A DNA stretch of 64,000 bases from Eledone cirrhosa. Taxonomy: Eukaryota. The stretch covers positions 310,001-374,000 of the forward strand of contig OZ024756.1 in assembly GCA_964016885.1 (NCBI GenBank), read 5' to 3'. Numbering within the stretch: position 1 is the first letter of the stretch; each line of letters opens with the position of its first letter. The translations under genes were made by a program, and so were the position numbers. Below, piece by piece: positions 30,655 to 43,939 of the stretch. The notes under the pieces are model-generated. The model saw only the letters and a program-made list of their open reading frames with translations. It had not been told where the DNA came from and did no database searches.

Positions 30655-30822
30655 ATTGTTTCAGTTACACTCAGCTGAAAATACCAGCAGTAACTGGAGA
30701 GTTAACCCTGCAATGGACTAGCATCCTGTCCAAGAGAGTGTTGTACTCTCAGTTGTTTAACAGCAAAGAAACAGAGTTAATCACCGGCCTGATGAGTCTT
30801 CAGGCTTGAGACAAACTTTAAC
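30655..30822 (+). mobile_element. SINE body fragment (Nin/Deu-domain-like); related piece at 32375-32480
   Basis: aaccctgcaatggactagcatcctgtcca...gaaac...ccggcctgatgag. Confidence 0.5.
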
Positions 30823-31131
30823 ATACTGGCATGGGTTGGAGGAATCAACGAGGTCAAGACTAGAATGGTCAGAGAACCATATCTTGCCCACATATTCCAT
30901 AGTTTAGCATGGGTTCTATGTCGGACACCTTCCTAACACCCTTCCTACAGAGTATACTGGGTTCATTCTAATTATAATGTAATATAAATGTAATCTGAGT
31001 TTTTCGAATATTAATAATAACATTCGATTTGTTTGCAATTTTGCAAACAAACCTCAATTTTATACCCATGTCAGTAGAATGAACCCTTCATTCTTGCTCT
31101 TGTGTTGGCATGTGAACAGAACTGCAGATTG

Positions 31132-31356
31132 AACCCTTTAGCATTTAAACCAGCTGTATCTGGCCAGAATTCTCTCACCTCTTTCTGTTCAAACCCCAGC
31201 CATAACCAGCTGATCATATTTATGTTAAGGTATCATTCTCAAAATAAATATCAAAATCTAATAGATTTGATATTATGTGAGATATTATGTGATATAAAGC
31301 CTTTACCACAAAAATACAATAGTAAATATAGAGTAACGTAAATGGTAAAGGGTTAA
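31132..31356. mobile_element. piggyBac-type MITE (TTAA ends); other copies at 54098-54324 and about 47885-48057
   Basis: aaccctttagcattta...taaatggtaaagggttaa terminal inverted repeats and a shared interior. Confidence 0.75.
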
Positions 31357-31912
31357 ATAAACAACATAAAACACAACAGAAGAACCCCCCCATATCATAA
31401 AAGTTCCTAGGTCACATTCCTACTCATGTGACTCAGAAGGTCTTCAATCATTTGACACCAGGGACCATAATAATAAATGGTTTAATAAATATTGTAGAGA
31501 AATATATAATGATGAAAGTATTCAAAGATATCTATATCTATGGAGCTATAACTCCTGTTGGAGTCGCAGGAAAGCTCCGTTGACATATGTCATTTCTCAG
31601 ACATGTTTTAAAAAATCCTACTTCAAGTCCCATCCCTCTCCAGGTTTCAACACATACGTGATGAGATCAATAAAACTTGTATGATAATAACTTTATCAAA
31701 TGCCTCTCTGTCTCAATTTATCATGTTCTACTACTTCTCAATTCTGTTCCTTCCTCTCATCACTTTCTATTTATATTCTATTTCTAACTCTATTGTCTGA
31801 TGAAGGACTAGTGTCCGAAACGTTTAAAACTCTTCCTGCTATTTCGAGTATTAAACTAATATATTTCTTCCTTGAACTGTGCCGTTTCTTATGTTATATC
31901 TGTTTACTTTTT

Positions 31913-31960
<48 letters not shown>

Positions 31961-32012
31961 ATTTGACCCCATCATAAGGTTGTGAGTTCAATTACCAGCA
32001 GTGTATTGTGTC

Positions 32013-32339
32013 CTTGGAGGTGTGTGGTCTGGTAGTAAGGGTGTTGGACTTGGAGGTATGTGGTCTGGTGGCAAGGGTGTTGGACTTGGAGGTGTGTGGT
32101 CTGGTGGCAAGGGTGTTGGACTTGGAGGTGTGTGGTCTGGTGGCAAGGGTGTTGGACTTGGAGGTGTGTGGTCTGGTGGCAAGGGTGTTGGACTTGGAGG
32201 TGTGTGGTCTGGTGGCAAGGGTGTTGGACTTGGAGGTGTGTGGTCTGGTGGCAAGGGTGTTGGACTTGGAGGTATGTGGTCTGGTGGCAAGGGTGTTGGA
32301 CTTGGAGGTATGTGGTCTGGTGGCAAGGGTGTTGGACTT
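32013..32339 (+). repeat. 36-bp minisatellite, about 9 copies, made of a tRNA-SINE head
   Basis: Unit cttggaggtgtgtggtctggtggcaagggtgttgga; the last copy continues into acgatcataatgacgtgggtttgatactc. Confidence 0.9.
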
Positions 32340-32708
32340 ACGATCATAATGACGTGGGTTTGATACTCAGTTGAAAATGAGTACCAGCAATAGCTGGGGG
32401 TTCTGGTGTCCTGTGCAGGAGTGAATGTTGTACTTTTTTAGTTGCTTCACGCCATGGAAACCGGGATAAGCTCCGGATTGTGACCTTGAGCAAGACACTT
32501 TACTTTACATTCAGTTGGCAAAAATGAGTTTTACACACACACACACACACTATAATGCTGAACCTTCCTCAAAACTATATTAGGAGTATTCATGCATGAG
32601 GAAGTGGCTGAGTATTCCACACTAAATAGTGATGATGATAGCAACAGTTAAGAACACATAGCAACAATAACACCACATGTAAGAATACAACAAAACAAAT
32701 ATATATAT

Positions 32709-32750
<42 letters not shown>

Positions 32751-32881
32751 ATATGTATTTCATGAACATTTTCCAGAGAAAAACTTCAATGAAGAGAGTA
32801 ATGAAATATAATTAGAGAGAAGATGTAATTAGTTGAGCTGATTAAACAGGCCAACCTATTTAGCTGTCATATTATATATAT

Positions 32882-33340
32882 ATGACCTTCATTATTGTTG
32901 TTATTATTATCATGACTACCACAACTACCACCACTACCACCGTGACTTCTACCACCACCACCACCGTGACTACCACTAACACTACCACCACTGCCACCAT
33001 GACTACCACCACCACCATGATTACCACCACCACCTCCATCATGACTACCAGCACCACCACCACCTCGACTACTACCACCACCGCCACTACCACCTCCATC
33101 ATGACTACCACCACCACCACCACCTCCATCATAATTACCAGCACCACCACCACCTCCAACATGACTACCACCACGACCACCACTACCACCCCCATCATGA
33201 TTACCAGCACCACCACCACCCCGACTACCACCACCACCACCATGACTACCACCACCTCCATCATGACTACCACCACCACTACCACCTCCATCATGATTAC
33301 CAGCACCACCACCACTGCCACCACGATTACCACCACCACC
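32882..33340. repeat. (ACC)n-rich compound repeat with a recurring tccatcatgact motif
   Basis: Directly visible. Confidence 0.9.
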
Positions 33341-33981
33341 AAAAAATTAGAAATAAGAGGGATCAGATGTTGTTTACTCGAGAGAAGTTGGTATGGTCAC
33401 GTGATGCGCATGAAAGACGACAGCTGTATAACAAAGTGCAGGGCAATAAAGATAGACGGTAGCCACGGAGTAGGCAGACCCAGAAAAACCTGGGACGAGC
33501 TGATAAATTCCGACCTCACACACTTACACCTCTCCAAGACAATGTCACTGGACCGAGACCTTTGGCGGTACTCAGTAATAGAGAAGACCCACCTTACCTA
33601 AATACAAAGTAAAACCTACTAGTCAGTAGGCATCTCTAACAAAATACACCCCCGTCCCACCATCCCCACCCCATCCACACCGCCCCTTTCAATGTAAAGT
33701 TATGTTGGTGCCACAACATCGAGGCCGAAACAAATGAGATCGTGTAGGTGTCACGACAAAAAACACACAGTCCACGCTGTAATGTGGCCGTGTAGGCAAC
33801 ACGGTAAAAACCTCCCAGACCCACACTGTAAATGTGGTTGGTGTTAGGAAGGGCATCCAACTGTAGAAAACCTGCCAGACAGTCCTATGCGAGCAAGACA
33901 ACCACTCTTGCCTCAAGTGGGAAAACCCCCGTCCAAACCCATGCAAGCGTGGAACAGGGACGTTAAACGATGATGATGATG
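33341..33981 (+). mobile_element. RTE family A 3' end with full UTR and (TGA)n tail
   Basis: KKLEIRGIRCCLLER..WYGHV...GRPRKTW; UTR matches 48860-49220. Confidence 0.9.
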
Positions 33982-34203
33982 ACCTCCATCATCACTGTAA
34001 TAATTCCTTGCAGTATTTAGTTGTTGGTTGTAATTTAACCCTATGTCATCCTGTCAGGGGCAGAGGGAGGGGGGGGGGGGCTATGTGCACAGAATCCAGA
34101 GCCACATTATCCAACATGATGATGATGGTGGTGGTGGTAATAATGATGGTGATGACAAAGTGACGATGATGATGATGATGATGATGATGATAGGGTGTGA
34201 TTT

Positions 34204-34575
34204 GAAAGAAATTTGGCTATTATTTCCAGCAGAAGAAATAAGCACAGTGGAGCTCCCTGGATATCCCACATGGTATTTCAGGGTTTAGTTGTCAGTGATT
34301 AGCTGGAAACTATGACTTCAACGAACCAAGTTAACAGGAAGAGGGGGGGGGGGGGGAAGAATTAATTTTTTAAAGTGAAAGAAATTTGGCTATTATTTCC
34401 AGCAGAAGAAATAAGCACAGTGGAGCTCCCTGGATATCCCACATGGTATTTCAGGGTTTAGTTGTCAGTGATTAGCTGGAAACTATGACTTCAACAAACC
34501 AAGTTAACAGGAAGAGGGGGGGGGGGGGGAAGAATTAATTTTTTAAAGTGAAAGAAATTTGGCTATTATTTCTAG
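34204..34575. repeat. ~173-bp direct tandem duplication (2 copies plus a partial third)
   Basis: gaaagaaatttggctattattt at 34204, 34377 and 34550. Confidence 0.9.
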
Positions 34576-34899
34576 CACGCGGAGCAAACCACAAAAAAAG
34601 GTTTCCTCGTCTCCAAAGAAGTGGCCAGCTAACCCATTCTAGAGAGGAGTGGCGGGCTTCAATAGAAACTAGTGGTGAACAGCTGTCCTGAACATCTGGA
34701 CATTATAGCTGGACACTTTAGACAGAACTACTCAATCACACAACTCTACACAGACACAGCAATAATAACTCCCTTTCCCTGAGGTTTCTAAGTGAAAATT
34801 AATGACTGTTTATTGTGTGGAAAATATTTCTAGTTAAAAAACATTGAAGTTTATTTGACATGACAAGACTGACGAGATGTATATGAGTGTATATTATTA

Positions 34900-35645
34900 C
34901 AGGTGGATTGGCAGTATCAGTAGGGGGTTGGACATCATGCTTTGCAGCGTAGAGTTGCGACCATTTACAGTCTAAGTTCAAATCCTGCTGAGGTTAACTT
35001 TACCTCTCATCCTTACGGGGTTGATAAAATAAAGTACCAGTAATACACTGGAGTAATTGCTGGCCTTGTGCCTAAAGTAGAAACAATTATTATATAACAT
35101 GGATTATATAATAATAAAATCCCGCCGAGGTTAACTTTGCCTTTCATCCTTACGGGGTAGATAAAATAAAGTACCAGTAATACACTGGGGTATTTGCTGG
35201 CCTTGTGCCCAAAGTAGAAACAATTATTATTATTATATAACAGAAGTAATCATTATGAGAACTATTGTCCCTGTTTTGGTAGTGTCTCCTGTATTATTAC
35301 AATAACAACCATTACTAGTCCATCGATACTAGTCCAACCATTACTAGTCCGTCGATACGGCTTGAGCTCTGCCGTTGGGGTCAAACATTTTCCTATATAT
35401 ATATACTTAGAGTGATAAATGAAATTTCGTTTCATTATTTTCCATTTAGGGTGGTTGATTGGCAGTATCAGTAGAGGGTTGGATGCCATGCTTTCCAGCA
35501 TAGAGTTACGTCCCTTTATGATCTGAGTTCAAATCCCACCGAGGTTAACAACTTTGCCTTTCATCCTTACGGGGTCGATAAAATAAAGTACCAGTAATGT
35601 GCTGGTTAATTGCTGGCCTTGTGCCTAAAGTAGAAACAATTATTT
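34900..35645 (+). mobile_element. Cluster of a second SINE family (Meta/MESC-like core, (ATT)n tail); further copies at 36700-36890 (-), 47048-47370 (+), 47400-47680 (-), 48258-48590 (-), 59088-59285 (-), 63430-63775 (+)
   Basis: gagttcaaatcc (B box)...gcctttcatccttacggggtcgataaaataaagtaccag...tggccttgtgcctaaagtagaaacaattatt. Confidence 0.85.
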
Positions 35646-35818
35646 TCCATTTATATATTGAAAATTGAAAAAGTCAGAAGAATGAGAGTGCTCTATGTAA
35701 GTTACAGAGCTAAATATTTAATGTATAATAAACAATACAGTATAATTACCTCATTACCAGAGGTTTCCCGAATAAGACGAATACAAGAAACGTCCGCATT
35801 CGTTCAACAGACATGGTA

Positions 35819-35881
<63 letters not shown>

Positions 35882-35928
35882 AAGTAAAAGTGAAGTAGTT
35901 TCAGATGTTCAAGTCCTTTAATAATAAT

Positions 35929-36002
35929 GCTGTGATATATATTTCAATGACGACACTGGCCACACTGTTCTGTGTGCGAGTGTCGTGACATCATCAGACA
36001 GC
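35929..36002 (-). ncRNA. Hammerhead ribozyme with long stem II
   Basis: Minus strand GCTGT-CTGATGA-tgtcACGACACT...AGTGTCGTcatt-GAAA-tatataTC-ACAGC. Confidence 0.65.
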
Positions 36003-36302
36003 TTGCTACATAATAAGGTTATGTTTCCGAGGCAATATATATATATATGCGGTGCCCCAGCATGGCTGAAACAGGTAAAAGAGTAAAAGAGGAAATATAT
36101 ATATAATGTATAATATATTATATATAAAATATGTAGACAACAGAAAGCAAGCAATGGGCATTGCAAAACATAGATCCTCTATCTCTTCACATACATATAC
36201 ACACTTATGTATGCATACACAATCAAGCACATATACATACACAGAAAAGCACATATATATATATATACAGACATAGATGTATGTATACATACACACTGAA
36301 GC

Positions 36303-36407
<105 letters not shown>

Positions 36408-36571
36408 TATACAGGTAGCCAGACAAGAGAAATCTAGTGAACATAAATAGAAGAGAGATATAATCACTGATAACAAGACAGATGACTGAAACTGTATTAA
36501 CAGACATACATATAATGGGGTGTGTATATATATATATATATAGTTTCAGTCATTACATGTGTGTGTATACA

Positions 36572-36603
<32 letters not shown>

Positions 36604-36618
36604 GTTTCAGTCATTACA

Positions 36619-36650
<32 letters not shown>

Positions 36651-36992
36651 CATACACACACACATGTAATGACTGAAACTATTAACAGACATAAATACAT
36701 AATTGTTTCTACTTTTGGCACAAGGCCAGTAATTACCCAGTGCATTACCCTGGTACTTTATTTTATCGACCCCGTAAGGATGAAAGGCAAAGTCAACCTC
36801 GGCGGGATTTGAACTCAGATCGTAAAGGGACGTAACTATGCTGGAAAGCATGGCGTCCGACCCTCTACTGATGCTGCCAATCCACCACCCAGACATAAAT
36901 ACATAATGAAGGGTGGGTATATGTATATATATATACACACGCACACATGTAATGACTGAAACTATTAACAGACATAAATATATACTGGGGGG

Positions 36993-37048
<56 letters not shown>

Positions 37049-37100
37049 AACAAGTATGACCCCGACGGCAGAGCTCAAGCCGTTTCGACGGCCATCTCTG

Positions 37101-37160
<60 letters not shown>

Positions 37161-37690
37161 GTAATAACAAACTATTAACAGACATAAATATATACTGGGA
37201 GGTGGGTGTATGTATATATATATATATATACAGTTACATATTTATTTATGTAATAAACAACATAAGATAATTAATTCATTTACCAGTGGTTTCTTGAAGA
37301 CAGATATTTATATCTGTCCTCAGTCGTCATAGACAGATGTACACACACCTTGACAGACATAGGTATACATGTATATAGGCGTGTATGTATCTATGTGTGT
37401 GTGTGTATGTATGTATGTATACATACACACACACAATGACAGTTTTATAAACAGACATACACACACAGACAGATGCTCTGTGTGTGTGTATATATATACA
37501 CACACATAAACAGACATACTTGTATAAACAGGCATACACACATTCACAGAGAAAGGTGGAATAGATAGACAGGTGGACAGCTAGATAGACAGATAGCTAG
37601 CTAGATAGACAGGTGGACAGCTAGATAGACAGATAGCTAGCTAGATAAACAGATAGACAGCAAGATATATAGATAGATAAATATGTAAGA

Positions 37691-40600
37691 CCTATGTAGT
37701 GTTAGTTGACAGGGTCCCCAGTCCTATCATGTTACAGGACAGACCTAGTGTTAGTTTACAGAGTCCCCAGTCCTATCATGTTACAGGACAGACCTAGTGT
37801 TAGTTGACAGGATCCCCAGTCCTATCATGTTACAGGACAGACCTAGTGTTAGTTTACAGAGTCCCCAGTCCTATCATGTTACAGGACAGACCTAGTGTTA
37901 GTTGACAGGGTCCCCAGTCCTATCATGTTACAGGACAGACCTAGTGTTAGTTTACAGAGTCCCCAGTCCTATCATGTTACAGGACAGACCTAGTGTTAGT
38001 TGACAGGATCCCCAGTCCTATCATGTTACAGGACAGACCTAGTGTTAGTTGACAGGATCCCCAGTCCTACCATGTTACAGTACAGACCTAGTGTTAGTTG
38101 ACAGGGTCCCCAGTCCTATCATGTTACAGGACAGACCTAGTGTTAGTTGACAGGGTCCCCAGTCCTATCATGTTACAGGACAGACCTAGTGTTAGTTGAC
38201 AGGATCCCCAGTCCTATCATGTTACAGGACAGACCTAGTGTTAGTTGACAGGGTCCCCAGTCCTATCATGTTACAGGACAGACCTAGTGTTAGTTTACAG
38301 AGTACCCAGTCCTATCATGTTACAGTACAGACCTAGTGTTAGTTGACAGGGCCCCCAGTCCTATCATGTTACAGGACAGACCTAGTGTTAGTTTACAGAG
38401 TCCCCAGTCCTATCATGTTACAGGACAGACCTAGTGTTAGTTGACAGGGTCCGCAGTCCTATCATGTTACAGGACAGACCTAGTGTTAGTTGACAGGGTC
38501 CCCAGTCCTATCATGTTACAGCACAGACCTAGTGTTAATTGACAGGGTCCCCAGTCCTATCATGTTACAGCACAGACCTAGTGTTAGTTGACAGGGTCCC
38601 CAGTCCTATCATGTTACAGGACAGACCTAGTGTTAGTTGACAGGATCCCCAGTCCTATCATGTTACAGGACAGACCTAGTGTTAGTTGACAGGGTCCCCA
38701 GTCCTATCATGTTACAGGACAGACCTAGTGTTAGTTGACAGGGCCCCCAGTCCTATCATGTTACAGGACAGACCTAGTGTTAGTTGACAGGGCCCCCAGT
38801 CCTATCATGTTACAGGACAGACCTAGTGTTAGTTGACAGGGCCCCCAGTCCTATCATGTTACAGGACAGACCTAGTGTTAGTTGACAGGGCCCCCAGTCC
38901 TATCATGTTACAGGACAGACCTAGTGTTAGTTGACAGGGTCCCCAGTCCTATCATGTTACAGGACAGACCTAGTGTTAGTTGACAGGGCCCCCAGTCCTA
39001 TCATGTTACAGGACAGACCTAGTGTTAGTTGACAGAGTCCCCAGTCCTATCATGTTACAGGACAGACCTAGTGTTAGTTGACAGGGTCCCCAGTCCTATC
39101 ATGTTACAGCACAGACCTAGTGTTAATTGACAGGGTCCCCAGTCCTATCATGTTACAGCACAGACCTAGTGTTAGTTGACAGGGTCCCCAGTCCTATCAT
39201 GTTACAGGACAGACCTAGTGTTAATTGACAGGGTCCCCAGTCCTATCATGTTACAGGACAGACCTAGTGTTAATTGACAGGGTCCCCAGTCCTATCATGT
39301 TACAGGACAGACCTAGTGTTAGTTGACAGGGCCCCCAGTCCTATCATGTTACAGGACAGACCTAGTGTTAGTTGACAGGGCCCCCAGTCCTATCATGTTA
39401 CAGGACAGACCTAGTGTTAGTTGACAGGGTCCCCAGTCCTATCATGTTACAGGACAGACCTAGTGTTAGTTGACAGGATCCCCAGTCCTATCATGTTACA
39501 GGACAGACCTAGTGTTAGTTTACAGAGTCCCCAGTCCTATCATGTTACAGGACAGACCTAGTGTTAGTTGACAGGGTCCCCAGTCCTATCATGTTACAGC
39601 ACAGACCTAGTGTTAGTTGACCGGGTCCCCAGTCCTATCATGTTACAGGACAGACCTAGTGTTAGTTGACAGGATCCCCAGTCCTATCATGTTACAGGAC
39701 AGACCTAGTGTTAGTTTACAGAGTCCCCAGTCCTATCATGTTACAGGACAGACCTAGTGTTAGTTGACAGGGTCCCCAGTCCTATCATGTTACAGGACAG
39801 ACCTAGTGTTAGTTGACAGGGTCCCCAGTCCTATCATGTTACAGGACAGACCTAGTGTTAGTTGACAGGGTCCCCAGTCCTATCATGTTACAGCACAGAC
39901 CTAGTGTTAGTTGACAGGGTCCCCAGTTCTACCATGTTACAGGACAGACCTAGTGTTAGTTTACAGAGTCCCCAGTCCTATCATGTTACAGGACAGACCT
40001 AGTGTTAGTTGACAGGGTCCCCAGTCCTATCATGTTACAGCACAGACCTAGTGTTAGTTGACAGGATCCCCAGTCCTATCATGTTACATCACAGACCTAG
40101 TGTTAGTTGACAGGGCCCCCAGTCCTATCATGTTACAGCACAGACCTAGTGTTAGTTTACAGAGTCCCCAGTCCTATCATGTTACAGGACAGACCTAGTG
40201 TTAGTTGACAGGATCCCCAGTCCTATCATGTTACAGGACAGACCTAGTGTTAGTTGACAGGATCCCCAGTCCTATCATGTTACAGGTCAGACCTAGTGTT
40301 AATTGACAGGATCCCCAGTCCTATCATGTTACAGGACAGACCTAGTGTTAGTTGACAGGATCCCCAGTCCTATCATGTTACAGGACAGACCTAGTGTTAG
40401 TTGACAGGGTCCCCAGTCCTATCATGTTACAGGACAGACCTAGTGTTAGTTGACAGGGTCCCCAGTCCTATCATGTTACAGCACAGACCTAGTGTTAGTT
40501 GACAGGGTCCCCAGTTCTACCATGTTACAGCACAGACCTAGTGTTAGTTGACAGGGACCCCAGTCCTATCATGTTACAGGTCAGGCCTAGTGCTAGTTGA

Positions 40601-41270
40601 CAGAGTCCCCAGTCCTATCATGTTACAGGACAGACCTAGTGTTAGTTGACAGGGTCCCCAGTCCTATCATGTTACAGCACAGACCTAGTGTTAGTTTACA
40701 GGGTCCCCAGTCCTACCATGTTACATCACAGACCTAGTGTTAGTTGACAGGGTCCCCAGTCCTATCATGTTACAGTACAGACCTAGTGTTAGTTGACAGG
40801 GTCCCCAGTCCTATCATGTTACAGCACAGACCTAGTGTTAGTTGACAGGGTCCCCAGTCCTATCATGTTACAGCACAGACCTAGTGTTAGTTGACAGGGT
40901 CCCCAGTCCTACCATGTTACAGCACAGACCTAGTGTTAGTTTACAGGGTCCCCAGTCCTACCATGTTACAGCACAGACCTAGTGTTAGTTGACAGGGTCC
41001 CCAGTCCTATCATGTTACAGCACAGACCTAGTGTTAGTTGACAGGGTCCCCAGTCCTATCATGTTACAGCACAGACCTAGTGTTAATTGACAGGGTCCCC
41101 AGTCCTACCATGTTACAGCACAGACCTAGTGTTAGTTTACAGAGTCGCCAGTCCTACCATGTTACAGCACAGACCTAGTGTTAGTTTACAGGGTCCCCAG
41201 TCCTACCATGTTACAGCACAGACCTAGTGTTAGTTGACAGGGTCCCCAGTCCTATCGTGTTACAGCACAA
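37691..41270. repeat. 49-bp minisatellite, about 73 copies
   Basis: Unit gacctagtgttagttgacagggtccccagtcctatcatgttacaggaca (starts at 37742, 37791, ...). Confidence 0.97.
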
Positions 41271-42243
41271 ATCTATGTAGGTTGTATTTCATAGGAGGTT
41301 CCTCATTTGTTATAATATCTATAACTGTACCTTTGTGTTTGTATAACAGAACAGCAAATACACATACACCTTCAACCTTGCATTGGTATATTGATAAAGA
41401 CACACAGACACACACCTTCTTCAAACTTTCATTGGTATAATTATAAAGATAGATATAGATACATACACAAAAATTAATATGCTGTTATGCGTTGTAACAT
41501 TAACCATCTGCTACCAGCCCAGCCAAAACCACCCCTGGTTCTATCAAACAAAACCACCTCTGGTTCTATCAAATGTCATAGGAACTGTATTAGCCTATAT
41601 TATTGTTGTTGTTATGTGTATTATAAATATCTACCTTGTGAGATCCTGACTTGTCACAGGACAACCTGTCTAACTCATAGAAGTGTGGACATTAAACAAT
41701 GATGACAATGATGATGATGTCTCACCTACTGTTGCTCCCTAGATTTTAAACCCCTAGGTTGGTAACGTAATTCGATAGAAGAGCCTCTCGTTAGGTAATA
41801 ATTGTTTCTATTTTAGGCATGAATTAACGTCAGTAAATCCTTCATTAATTAATTCAAATACAATCAGGTATTTCATTAGAAACATGGAAATGAAAAGGTA
41901 AAAGAAATATTTCTCTACAGGTGAGATAGTGAAAGATAAGAACAGGTAAATACAGGTAAATGAATAATTAATGAGCGAGGACAAAGGTGGTGTGTATCAG
42001 GTATGTGTCAGGTGCAGGTCACCAGCATAGCCAGGTATGTTTATGACAGGAACTCATTTGCTCTGAGGGATTTGGTGTAGTTCTTATAAACTTACATGCA
42101 TGACATTATGACACATCTACACACGCACACACACACATAAATATATATACACATGGAGATATACACGCACACACATATATACATGGAGATATACACGCAT
42201 ACATACACACACACACACACATATATATACAAACGCACACATG

Positions 42244-42291
<48 letters not shown>

Positions 42292-42302
42292 TATACAAGC
42301 AT

Positions 42303-42335
<33 letters not shown>

Positions 42336-42794
42336 CAAACACACACACACGTGCACATAGATATATACACACACACACACACATATATACAAACACACAC
42401 ACACACACACACATATATATACACACATATATAAACACACACAGACGTGCACACACAGAGTAAGATAAGCCAATGAAAAACCTTCATGTGAGTGTGAGTG
42501 TGTATGTGTGTGTGTCTGTATGTGTCTGTATGTGTATGTATGCATGCGTGTGTATGCATGTATATGTCTATGTATGTGTATGTGTACGTATGTATCTGTG
42601 TGTCTGTGTGTCTGTGTGCGTGTGCGTGTGCGCGCGCGCGCGTGTATGTGTCGAACGTTCGACAACATTACTATTGTTGAGATAATAGTACCCAGTACAC
42701 TATGTAAAATAGATGGTGATACTAGGGTGTTGAGGTGATAGAACCCTTGACAAACAAATGATAGAGACGACTCTTCAGTGGTCAAATTGATCTT

Positions 42795-43535
42795 CTAATT
42801 TAAGCACAAGGCCAGCAAATTTAGATTAAATCGACTCCAGTACATGACTGGTACTTTATTTTATCAAAGGTAAAGTTGACCTAAGTGGGATTTGAACTGT
42901 AAAGGGCCAGAACATATACGCCGGACACTAACAACTCTGCCAACAGGTTTAGGCACAAGGTCAGCAATTTTGGAGGGAGAGGAAAGTCGATTACATTGAC
43001 CCCAGTGCATTACTGGTACTTTATTTTAGTGACCCCGTAAGGATGGAAAACAAAGCTAACCTCGGTGGGATTTGAACACAGCATGTTGTCTGACACTCTA
43101 CCAATACTGCCAATCTACCACCCAATAATAATAATAATAATGGTTTCTTATATAGGCACAAGGCCAGTAGTTTTGGGGGAGGGGAAAGTCGATTAAATCA
43201 ATCCCAGTGTATTACTGGTACTTTATTTTATCGACCCCGTAAGGATGAAAGGCAAAGTTAACCTCTGCGGATCATAAAGGGCCGTAACTCTATGCTGCAA
43301 AGCATGGCGTCGGACCCTCTTCCGATACTGCCAAAATAATAATAATAATAATAATTGTTTCTACTTTTGGCACAAGGCCAGCTATTACCCCAGTGTATTA
43401 CTGGTACTTTATTTTATCGACCCCCGTAAGGATGAAAGGCAAAGTTAACCTCGGCGGGATTTGAACTCAGAATGGCAAGGGCCGTAACTCTATGCGTCAA
43501 AGCATAGCGTCCGACCCTCTACCGATACTGAATAA
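42795..43535 (-). mobile_element. Head-to-tail cluster of about 4 SINE family-2 copies
   Basis: Repeated ggcacaaggccagc...ctggtactttattttatcgacccc units, some separated by (AAT)n. Confidence 0.85.
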
Positions 43536-43939
43536 TAAGCATCTCTAAGTAACGTGCCTCTGCACACACACAAACCTACATACACACATACACACAGACC
43601 TACATGCATACATACACACGCACACACACACCTACATACATACACACACACAGACTTACCTACATACATACACACAGACCTACCTACATATATCTACATA
43701 CAGCACATGTAAGACCAGTTAATGTATGAACATGCTACATTTCTGTGAGGTATATTGATTAGTAAAGCTGAAAGATAATAAAATATTACAGTTAAAAACA
43801 CAGTGAGAATGTTTAAAGTACTTGGCTTAAATTGAGACAGAAAAATCTATATTATTTCCACACTCATTCTGAATATTGACTTTTGAAGCAGATGTCTCCA
43901 TCTCAACACTTTATATGGTACCTATAAATGGAATATGGT

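Noticed and set aside
30788-30815. Hammerhead at ccggcCTGATGAg
   Set aside because: No GAAA at the required position; part of a SINE central domain
31988-32374. Pro-rich or Gly-rich repeat ORFs
   Set aside because: 36-bp SINE-head minisatellite
32882-33601. Mucin-like Thr-rich ORF fused to an RT C-terminus
   Set aside because: Chance in-frame junction of an (ACC)n tract with a truncated RTE
34204-34575. Functional significance of the 173-bp duplication
   Set aside because: Almost identical copies differing at a poly-G run; a recent slippage duplication or assembly artefact is sufficient
35748-35814. Signal-peptide-like first exon on the minus strand (MSVERMRTFLVFVLFG...|gtaatt)
   Set aside because: Shares ggacgtttct and gaaacc..tggtaa motifs with hammerhead-like repeats at 29691 and 37290 and abuts (TA)n; better explained as a pLTR remnant
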